Below, one piece after another: positions 8,140 through 15,485 of a DNA stretch of 25,011 bases; position 1 is the stretch's first letter, and each line of letters begins with the position of its first letter. Location of the stretch: assembly GCA_964397865.1 (NCBI GenBank), contig CAYNKU010000002.1:1-25011 (forward strand), written 5' to 3'. Under the pieces are notes generated by a model, which saw nothing but the letters and a program-made list of their open reading frames with translations, searched no databases and was not told where the DNA came from. The stretch is from an uncultured Pirellulales bacterium. Lineage in GTDB: Bacteria > Planctomycetota > Phycisphaerae > Sedimentisphaerales > Anaerobacaceae. The position numbers and the translations under genes are program-made.

Positions 8140-9561
8140 ATGGCTACAAGTGGAATGAAAGGACAGAACCTTCAAACCGGCCGGGATGCGTTTGCCGTGC
8201 CGGGAAAGAATTTGATCGATTTTGATAAATTTCATTCAGCCTTGCGCACAGTGAATTTACTGAATTGTCAGGGTACGGTGGTTCGGGTCTCGGGTTTGAC
8301 GGTTGAATCCAGCGGTCCGCAGGTGGGGTTAGGTGAACTTTGCGGCATAAATATTCGTGACGGTCGGCGAGTACTGGCGGAGGTTGTGGGTTTCCAGGCA
8401 GATCGGCTTATTCTGCTTGCTTTGGAGCGCATAGAAGGTATATCGCCCGGCGATACTGTAACCGCCAGGACCACTCCCCGTTATATCAGCTTAAGTGAGA
8501 ATGTGTTGTCAAGAGTATTGAACGGCCTGGGAGAACCTATCGATGGTAAAGGGCCGTTGGCTGGAACTGAGAAGAAAGCGTTGGATGCGAGCAGCCCGCC
8601 GGCATTGAGCAGGAAAAGGATTACCAAACCTTTGGCCTTAGGGATCAGGTCAATAGACGGTTTACTAACCTGCGGCAGAGGTCAACGAGTAGGTATCTTT
8701 GCGGGAAGCGGTATAGGCAAAAGTGTGCTTTTGGGCGATATCGCCAATTCAAGTGACGCGGATGTCAATATAGTGGCATTGATTGGTGAGCGCGGCCGGG
8801 AGGTTCGGGAATTTCTCGAGAGTGATCTTGGTTCCGAGGGATTAGCTCGGAGCGTGGTAGTAGTTGCGGCTTCGGATTCACCGCCGATTCAGAGGGTAAA
8901 GGCGGCATTCGTAGCCGTAACCATTGCCGAATATTTCAGAGACAAGGGTAAAACCGTTTTGTTCATGATGGATTCACTGACACGTTTCGCACAAGCTCAG
9001 CGTGAAATCGGACTTGCCGCCGGCGAACCACCGGCTACAAAAGGTTACTGTCCGAGCGTTTTTTCGCTGATGCCCAGACTTGTGGAGCGTTTAGGATGCG
9101 CTGAAAACGGCAGTATTACAGGAATCCTGACGGTACTTGTTGAAAACGACGATCTGACTGACCCGGTTGCAGATAGTGCCCGCAGCTTGTTGGATGGACA
9201 TATAGTTTTGTCGAGAAAATTGGCCGAGAGGGGTCATTTTCCTGCTGTGGACATTTTGGCGAGCATAAGCAGATTAATGCCCGCGGTGGTAAGCAAAGAA
9301 CATCAACTGGCAGCCCAGAAACTCAGGGAAATATATGCCACATACACCGATGCCGAGGATTTGATAAATATCGGAGCGCATTCACCAGGCAGTAACCGTC
9401 GTATTGACGGGTCGATCGCATTAATTGACAGAATAAGCAATTTTCTTGTTCAGGGCGTTAGAGAAAGAAGTAATTTTACCGAAACTGTCAGGCAAATGAC
9501 CATGATCACTCAATCGTGGAACGAATTGTTGAATGTTGATATTGTCGGAAACAAGAATTAA
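8140..9561 (+). CDS. fliI: Flagellar export ATPase FliI
   Basis: Walker A GIFAGSGIGKS, GERGREVREF, DSLTRFAQAQREIGL, ARSLLDGHIVLSR. The ORF-track start 8086 overlaps fliH, so ATG 8140 (or 8155) is preferred. Confidence 0.97.
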   Translation: MATSGMKGQNLQTGRDAFAVPGKNLIDFDKFHSALRTVNLLNCQGTVVRVSGLTVESSGPQVGLGELCGINIRDGRRVLAEVVGFQADRLILLALERIEGISPGDTVTARTTPRYISLSENVLSRVLNGLGEPIDGKGPLAGTEKKALDASSPPALSRKRITKPLALGIRSIDGLLTCGRGQRVGIFAGSGIGKSVLLGDIANSSDADVNIVALIGERGREVREFLESDLGSEGLARSVVVVAASDSPPIQRVKAAFVAVTIAEYFRDKGKTVLFMMDSLTRFAQAQREIGLAAGEPPATKGYCPSVFSLMPRLVERLGCAENGSITGILTVLVENDDLTDPVADSARSLLDGHIVLSRKLAERGHFPAVDILASISRLMPAVVSKEHQLAAQKLREIYATYTDAEDLINIGAHSPGSNRRIDGSIALIDRISNFLVQGVRERSNFTETVRQMTMITQSWNELLNVDIVGNKN

Positions 9562-10017
9562 ATGAAGCGATTTGTATGGCGATTGCAGCGTGTTCTTGAC
9601 ATAAAAGCAAAAGAAGAGCAAATGAAGAAAGCCCAGTTGGTTAAGCTGACCGAAAAACTTGCTCAGGCACAAAGTGAACTTTTGGCACAGACAAGAATAC
9701 TGGACAATATAATCGATGATTTAATAAAACAGGAACCCAAAAAGCGGTTAGGCAAACAACCGTTTTTTTTGAAGAGTTCCAAAACAAACGATGAGATAAT
9801 CGAGAAACTGAAAGAAAAGGTAAGTGGACTCGAATCGGCTCAAAAAGAAAAAATCGCTGAGGTTTTGAAGGTTAAAAGGTTTAAGGAAGGTTTGGAGAAA
9901 TTACGGGATGAAGCAAAAGCAAGGTTTATAACCGAGGCAGAAAGGCAGGAGCAAAAGGAGTTAGATGAAGGAACCACTGCCGGTTTTGCCCGAAAAAGAC
10001 AATGTGTGAGCTCGTGA
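9562..10017 (+). CDS. fliJ: Flagellar export protein FliJ
   Basis: MKRFVWRLQRVLDIK start, coiled coil, EQKELDE ending; abuts the fliI stop. Confidence 0.92.
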   Translation: MKRFVWRLQRVLDIKAKEEQMKKAQLVKLTEKLAQAQSELLAQTRILDNIIDDLIKQEPKKRLGKQPFFLKSSKTNDEIIEKLKEKVSGLESAQKEKIAEVLKVKRFKEGLEKLRDEAKARFITEAERQEQKELDEGTTAGFARKRQCVSS

Positions 10018-10045
10018 CAAAAATTAAAATTTAGGAGCATTAAAC

Positions 10046-10741
10046 GTGAATAAGAAACTAATTATAATCGCATTAGCCGGCGGTCTGTTAAGCTTTGGGG
10101 CGATGTTCGTATATGCCTGGCTTATCAAGCCATCTGCGCAAACCACGGAAGTCGAGGCGGCCCAGTCGATAGATGCCACAGAGGAACCTGTTATAAAAGT
10201 TCCTGAACCGCAAACTTCTGCCAATAGTACTGCCGGGATGATCGAGAGCAAAATGAAAAAAGCTATGACAGAAGAGCAGCTTAAAAGTCTTGTTTATGAG
10301 ATACGGACGAAAATTCAAGAATATGACAATAAGCTGGAAGACCTCAAACTCCGTGAGGAGAGATTACGAGTGGCCGGTGATATGTTGAAAAAGGATATTG
10401 AGCAGCTCGATAATTTACGAATCGAACTTGCTTCGACTGTTGCCGGTCTCAAGGCCCAACGGGACAACCTGCTAAAGAGCAGGGTTGAAATTGCAGAAAA
10501 GGAAAGAAACAACCTTGTGTCAATAGCCGCCACGTATGACAAGATGGACTCAGCCAGCGCAGGTAAAATACTGACAAATATGAGCCAGGGTCAAAATAAC
10601 AGTGCCGATGACGCCGTAAAAATCCTCCACTATATGTCCGAGCGAACCAAAGCAAAGGTGCTGGCTTCTATAGCTGAGACAGACTCTCCACTTTCAGCGT
10701 ATTTTTGTAAGAGGCTAAAACAGATAGCCGAGAAAGAATGA
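10046..10741 (+). CDS. Membrane-anchored coiled-coil protein with C-terminal MgtE_N-like helical domain (YlxF/FlbB/MotE-like flagellar protein)
   Basis: N-terminal TM (LIIIALAGGLLSFGAMFVYAWL), long coiled coil, then IAATYDKMDSASAGKILTNM...AVKILHYMSERTKAKVLASI. Same position after fliJ as Bacillus ylxF; SD AGGAG before the GTG. Confidence 0.75.
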   Translation: MNKKLIIIALAGGLLSFGAMFVYAWLIKPSAQTTEVEAAQSIDATEEPVIKVPEPQTSANSTAGMIESKMKKAMTEEQLKSLVYEIRTKIQEYDNKLEDLKLREERLRVAGDMLKKDIEQLDNLRIELASTVAGLKAQRDNLLKSRVEIAEKERNNLVSIAATYDKMDSASAGKILTNMSQGQNNSADDAVKILHYMSERTKAKVLASIAETDSPLSAYFCKRLKQIAEKE

Positions 10742-10745
10742 CTCT

Positions 10746-11516
10746 ATGGACATTGCAACAATAATAGGCGTTTTATTCGGTCTTGTTGTAGTAATCGGAG
10801 CTATTGTAGCCGGCGGCGGTGCCGCGATATTTTTTGATATTCCCGCTCTGGCAATAACAATAGGCGGTATGCTCTGTGCTACAATGATACATTTTTCTCT
10901 GCCACAGTTTCTGGGGATATTTTCCGTAATCAAGAAAACCATTATAACCAAGATACCGTCGCAATCAGACTTGATTCAGAAAATGGTCAATTATTCCGCT
11001 ATCAACAGGCGCGATGGGGCATTGGCTCTGGAGCAGGAACTTCGCAATGTAAACGATTTGTTCTTTGTCAAAGGCCTACAGATGCTCATAGACGGCCAGA
11101 ATCCCGATTCAATTCGGGAACTTATGTTACTTGAAATACAATATCTTCAGGAGCGCCATTCAAACGGTAAAAAGATTCTGGAATTTATGGGGGCAGCCGC
11201 CCCTGCTTTCGGAATGATAGGAACGCTTATCGGCCTGGTCCAAATGCTAAGAAATCTTGAGTCACCTGAAACGATTGGTGCGGGGATGGCAGTAGCCCTG
11301 TTGACCACATTTTATGGCGCCTTTGCCGCCAATTTGATTTTTATACCGCTGGCAGGCAAACTGGGGATTTATTCCAAAGCCGAGACGACGGCGATGGAGA
11401 TGATTACAGAAGGCGTCTGTGCTATTGCCCGCGGCGAGAACCCGACTGCCGTTCGCGAAAAAATGCAGGCATTTGTTTCCCAAAGCAGACGTGAAGAAGT
11501 AAAGGCAAATATATAA
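10746..11516 (+). CDS. motA: Flagellar stator A subunit MotA (PomA/MotP-like)
   Basis: MDIATIIG start, RRDGALALE rotor-contact segment, APAFGMIGTLIGLVQML, GMAVALLTTFYG, EGVCAIARGENP. Confidence 0.96.
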   Translation: MDIATIIGVLFGLVVVIGAIVAGGGAAIFFDIPALAITIGGMLCATMIHFSLPQFLGIFSVIKKTIITKIPSQSDLIQKMVNYSAINRRDGALALEQELRNVNDLFFVKGLQMLIDGQNPDSIRELMLLEIQYLQERHSNGKKILEFMGAAAPAFGMIGTLIGLVQMLRNLESPETIGAGMAVALLTTFYGAFAANLIFIPLAGKLGIYSKAETTAMEMITEGVCAIARGENPTAVREKMQAFVSQSRREEVKANI

Positions 11517-12208
11517 TGGTATGTGAGAGGAAATCACCGGAATCTGATGAGGAGGCAGGTGCGCCGGAATGGATGGTAACTTTCAGCGATTGTATGACGC
11601 TGCTGTTGACATTTTTTGTGCTTCTTTTGAGCTTTTCATCCTTCGACAATATAGAAGACCTTTTTAAATTGAAAACAGTTTTTAATGAGCAGCTTTCTTT
11701 CGGTTCGCAGGAAACCGATAAAGATTCGTTTTCTCCTGCGGAATCAACCCAATTTAACGACGATCTTGACAAGGGCAGCGAAAAGCAAACTTTAGAAAGA
11801 GGGGATAAGGACAACTTAAAAAAAGAAACAGAGACATCAAATTTTCACGATCGCAAGGTGTTTTTGATTTCATCGGACAAGGTTTTTTACGGTAACGGCA
11901 GAGCTCTTTCTCTGCAGGGCCGTAAAATTCTTTCTCTAATGGCATCGTTTTTAAAAGAGATGCCAAACCGTGTAGTTATCAGTGAAAATGGAGCGGATAA
12001 CGAGAGAATTGACGAGTATTTTGGTCTGCGGCGGGCATGGAAGGTAATGGAATATTTAACAACAAAACAAGGCCTTGACAAAGGACTATTCAGCATTTCA
12101 GCAGATTCGCTCCAAAAAACCGACAATAATGACCTGCAGAATAGTTCACAGGCAGAAACCGCCCGCACACTTGAAATTGTACTGCTTGAACGGAGCATTT
12201 ACAATTGA
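11516..12208 (+). CDS. motB: Flagellar stator B subunit, paralog 1 (MotB/PomB-like; degenerate OmpA-like domain)
   Basis: PEWMVTFSDCMTLLLTFFVLLLSFS with the essential Asp (codon 11588-11590), plug helix, OmpA-like C-terminus; ATG shares one base with the motA stop (TAATG). Confidence 0.9.
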   Translation: MVCERKSPESDEEAGAPEWMVTFSDCMTLLLTFFVLLLSFSSFDNIEDLFKLKTVFNEQLSFGSQETDKDSFSPAESTQFNDDLDKGSEKQTLERGDKDNLKKETETSNFHDRKVFLISSDKVFYGNGRALSLQGRKILSLMASFLKEMPNRVVISENGADNERIDEYFGLRRAWKVMEYLTTKQGLDKGLFSISADSLQKTDNNDLQNSSQAETARTLEIVLLERSIYN

Positions 12209-12939
12209 GCCGGAAACAGCAAACAGCCGAAACAAACCGTGCTAAAGTTCCCGCGTATATCGTTACCTTCTCGGATATGGTAACACTCTTGCTGACATTC
12301 TTTGTAATGCTTTTAACCTTGGCACATGTACGGGACCCTGAACTGTTTAATGTAAGCAGGAACACATTTATAGAATACATAGAAAACTATGGACTCGGGG
12401 TTCATAAGGGCAAAAAAATAACGCCGGAATTTGACAATCTCAAAATTAAATATTTCATAAGCAGCCCCGAGAAAGATGTTTCTTTCAGAACCATAGATGC
12501 AAGAGAAGAAGAGCTTCGTCGGATTTTCAAGAAGATAAGCGAGTCTATGAAAACCACACCTTCGCAGTTGGTGGCAAAGAAGGCCAATTTTTCAGTAACC
12601 AATATTAACTTTTCACCAGGGCTGACACAATTAAATGAGCCGGCCAAAAGGTTTTTAACACAGTTTGCCACAGATTTACAGGCAAGAGGTCAGCCCCAAG
12701 CGATAAAGCTTTATGTCCTCGGCCTGGCCACAGATGCCAAAAACCAACAGCAACAGTGGATATTATCAGCCAGACGGGCTCAGGCGGTGTCAGGGTTTTT
12801 GAATGGTATCTTACCTGCAGAGCTCCAATGGCCTGTTTATTCGTGGGGAGCGGGGCCGGGAGGCCTTTGGGTTGGTGAAAACAGCCTGGTTTCCGAAAAA
12901 TCACAAATCCTCATCGCAGTACTGAGGGGGGATGATTAG
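12205..12939 (+). CDS. motB: Flagellar stator B subunit, paralog 2 (MotB-like; degenerate OmpA-like domain)
   Basis: PAYIVTFSDMVTLLLTFFVMLLTLA with the essential Asp (12274-12276), OmpA-like WILSARRAQAV; TTG start overlaps the motB1 stop (TTGA). Confidence 0.87.
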   Translation: MSRKQQTAETNRAKVPAYIVTFSDMVTLLLTFFVMLLTLAHVRDPELFNVSRNTFIEYIENYGLGVHKGKKITPEFDNLKIKYFISSPEKDVSFRTIDAREEELRRIFKKISESMKTTPSQLVAKKANFSVTNINFSPGLTQLNEPAKRFLTQFATDLQARGQPQAIKLYVLGLATDAKNQQQQWILSARRAQAVSGFLNGILPAELQWPVYSWGAGPGGLWVGENSLVSEKSQILIAVLRGDD

Positions 12940-13072
12940 ATTTACCAAGTCCACTTTTATATCCCAGGGAAGCATTTACAACTGTCAAGTTTTTTAACAA
13001 TATTTGCTTTGGGACGATCGATTTCGGGCCAAAATCCGCCCTGACAGCATATTAATGCCTGTTTTTCGGTTT

Positions 13073-13088
13073 CGGCACGCTATTTGCT
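13073..13088 (+). promoter_or_regulatory. sigma54 -24/-12 promoter for fliO-fliP-fliQ-fliR-flhB
   Basis: CGGCACGCTATTTGCT: GG 13074-13075, N10, GC 13086-13087; in the only sizeable gap of the plus-strand cluster. Confidence 0.85.
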
Positions 13089-13130
13089 CAACCTGTATGT
13101 GTATAGGGATTATATGCAGGTACATTAGCT

Positions 13131-13601
13131 GTGGTAAGATATAAAAGAAAAATAATAGCCTCTCTGTTGGTGGTTTTGGTGGGCAGTGGAGTGATTTCTT
13201 TATGTTCCGGGCAAGCAGTTACAAAGACCCCGCCGCCTGCATTCGACAAGTCCACTTCTTTGTTTACGAGCGACCCGAATTTTTCTACAGGTTCAGACCG
13301 TAATCTTACTACCCGGGAGCTGTTCTACAAAATGATGTTCGCCGTTTTGCTTGTTGTTGCGATGGGGACAGCAGCGATTTATATTTCAAAAAAGCTCATG
13401 CCAAGGATTACCAACCTGTCCGGCAAAAAGATTCAGGTTTGTGAAACAGTTCACCTTGGGTCACGTAAAGCCGTACATCTTATTAAAATAGGCAATCGTC
13501 AACTTCTAATAGGCAGCACTAATGAGAGCATCAGTAAGCTTGCAGATGTAACAGACGCTTTGGCCGAAACAGATTTATCGGCAAAAACAGATATCGAATA
13601 A
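13131..13601 (+). CDS. fliO: Flagellar biosynthesis protein FliO/FliZ
   Basis: N-terminal hydrophobic segment, TM MMFAVLLVVAMGTAAIYI, then KIQVCETVHLGSRKAVHLIKIGNRQLLIGST; precedes fliP. Confidence 0.9.
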   Translation: MVRYKRKIIASLLVVLVGSGVISLCSGQAVTKTPPPAFDKSTSLFTSDPNFSTGSDRNLTTRELFYKMMFAVLLVVAMGTAAIYISKKLMPRITNLSGKKIQVCETVHLGSRKAVHLIKIGNRQLLIGSTNESISKLADVTDALAETDLSAKTDIE

Positions 13602-13609
13602 GGAAATTG

Positions 13610-14413
13610 ATGAACCGCGATATTAAAATATTTCTTTTAGTACTTATTTTTTTGCTGCCGGCTTGCATCTCTTTTGGGCAGACTGATACCACTTCTGAAG
13701 ATATCATCAAAGAGAACACAATACCAAGTATCGGCGACTTGGTAACGGTTATAGATAAAGCAACGGCAGCGGAGAGTCAAGGTAAAGACTGGTCAACACC
13801 TGTAAAACTTGTGATCATTTTTACCGGGCTGGCGATTTTGCCAAGCCTTTTGGTAATGATGACATCATTTACCCGGATAGTTATCGTTTTATCTTTTGTT
13901 CGCCGTGCCCTGACTACACAAACGATACCGCCTACTATTGCCATAATGGGTTTGGCGTTATTTCTGACCTTATATACGATGGCGCCCACCTTTTCAAAAA
14001 TCAACGAAACCAGCATACAGCCTTATCTCGCAAACGAGATGGATTTTCAGACGGCCGGAGCCCAGGCCGGCAGTTGTATGAAGGAATTTATGCTCCGGCA
14101 AACCCGAGAATCCGATCTGGCTGTTTTTGTGCAGATAGCCAAAATAAATCCTCCTTCGAGTCCTATGGATATCGGGATGCATGTAGTGATTCCGGCGTTT
14201 ATTATAAGTGAGTTTCGAACAGCATTCGAGATAGGGTGTCTTTTGTTCATACCATTTTTATTGGTGGATATGGTCATTGCGAGTGTTCTGCTCAGTGCGG
14301 GCATGATGCTGCTTCCGCCGGTGATGATTTCTCTGCCTTTCAAGCTGATACTGTTTATTCTTGTTGACGGCTGGGGTTTGTTGGCAAAGAGCCTCAGCCT
14401 GGGTTTTAGTTAG
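13610..14413 (+). CDS. fliP: Flagellar export gate protein FliP
   Basis: Signal peptide, LLVMMTSFTRIVIVLSFVRRAL, FMLRQT, PAFIISEFRTAFEIG, GMMLLPPVMISLPFKLILFILVDGW. SD AAGGA favours ATG 13610 over TTG 13607. Confidence 0.97.
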   Translation: MNRDIKIFLLVLIFLLPACISFGQTDTTSEDIIKENTIPSIGDLVTVIDKATAAESQGKDWSTPVKLVIIFTGLAILPSLLVMMTSFTRIVIVLSFVRRALTTQTIPPTIAIMGLALFLTLYTMAPTFSKINETSIQPYLANEMDFQTAGAQAGSCMKEFMLRQTRESDLAVFVQIAKINPPSSPMDIGMHVVIPAFIISEFRTAFEIGCLLFIPFLLVDMVIASVLLSAGMMLLPPVMISLPFKLILFILVDGWGLLAKSLSLGFS

Positions 14414-14439
14414 ATGTTAATTTTATAGGAATTTGGCGG

Positions 14440-14709
14440 ATGGACAGTAGTTTTATCTTGTATCTTGGTCGACACACTCTTGAGACAGCGCTTCTTTTGG
14501 CTGCACCGATTCTATTGACCTGCATGATAGTTGGTATAACCGTAACATTATTTCAGGCAGTTACATCTATACGCGATATGACGCTGACAATAGTGCCCAA
14601 ACTTCTGGCTGTGGGTGTAGTGACATTACTTTTCGGCGGCTGGATGATGGAGGTTCTACTTCGATTTGCCAACGAAATTTTCGGTCATATCCAGAATATC
14701 GGGCCGTAA
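14440..14709 (+). CDS. fliQ: Flagellar export gate protein FliQ
   Basis: LFQAVTSIRDMTLTIVPKL motif; 89 aa; two TM segments. Confidence 0.97.
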   Translation: MDSSFILYLGRHTLETALLLAAPILLTCMIVGITVTLFQAVTSIRDMTLTIVPKLLAVGVVTLLFGGWMMEVLLRFANEIFGHIQNIGP

Positions 14710-14712
14710 CTT

Positions 14713-15465
14713 ATGGAATTGATGACCGAAAAACTGCTCAGATTCGTAATGGTGCTGACAAGGATTTCAGCTTTTTTTGTAGTAGCACCCATCTTCAGTT
14801 GGAAAGCCATACCTATCAGAGTCAAAGCGGCGCTGGTTTTGCTAATAACGATTTTTTTCTCCATGACAACACCTCGCGGTGTTATTCCCGACCGAGCGTC
14901 TTTATTGGAGGCTATACTGCTGATAAGCAATGAAGCCGTTTACGGTTTTGCCCTGGGGTTGATTGTTGTTTTTGTGTTTACCGCAGTCAGATTCAGCGGC
15001 CGGATCATCGAACGCCAGATGGGTTTGGCGATGGCTAATGTTTTAGACCCCCTAACAGGTGAAAGATCCCAACCGCTTGGTATGTTTATGGAGATGGTAT
15101 TTATAATTTTGTTTTTCAGCGCTAACGGTCATCATTTATTTTTGTTAATTATTTCTCGAAGCTACGAAGCGTTTCCAGCAGGTTCTACACCAAGCGTACC
15201 TGTCCTTACCGAAGGAATAATTAAAGCCAGCTCAACGCTGTTAATAGTCGGGTTAAGGTTGTCGGGGCCTATATTGGCGGCATTTTTGCTGCTAATGATT
15301 GTTTTAGCGGTATTGGCGCGTATTGCCCCGGAAATGAATATTTTATTTATCAGTTTGCCTATGCGAGTAGGTTTGGGGCTGTTAATGGCGGGGATATTTT
15401 TGCCTATAATCTCCGAATTCGTCTCTGAATTTGCCGACTGGATGGGCAAATTGCTCCCGCTTTAA
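14713..15465 (+). CDS. fliR: Flagellar export gate protein FliR
   Basis: TRISAFFVVAPIF, RQMGLAMANVLDP, ARIAPEMNILFISLPMR; multi-TM. Confidence 0.97.
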   Translation: MELMTEKLLRFVMVLTRISAFFVVAPIFSWKAIPIRVKAALVLLITIFFSMTTPRGVIPDRASLLEAILLISNEAVYGFALGLIVVFVFTAVRFSGRIIERQMGLAMANVLDPLTGERSQPLGMFMEMVFIILFFSANGHHLFLLIISRSYEAFPAGSTPSVPVLTEGIIKASSTLLIVGLRLSGPILAAFLLLMIVLAVLARIAPEMNILFISLPMRVGLGLLMAGIFLPIISEFVSEFADWMGKLLPL

Positions 15466-15485
15466 CTGATATTCAGGACTAAGAT

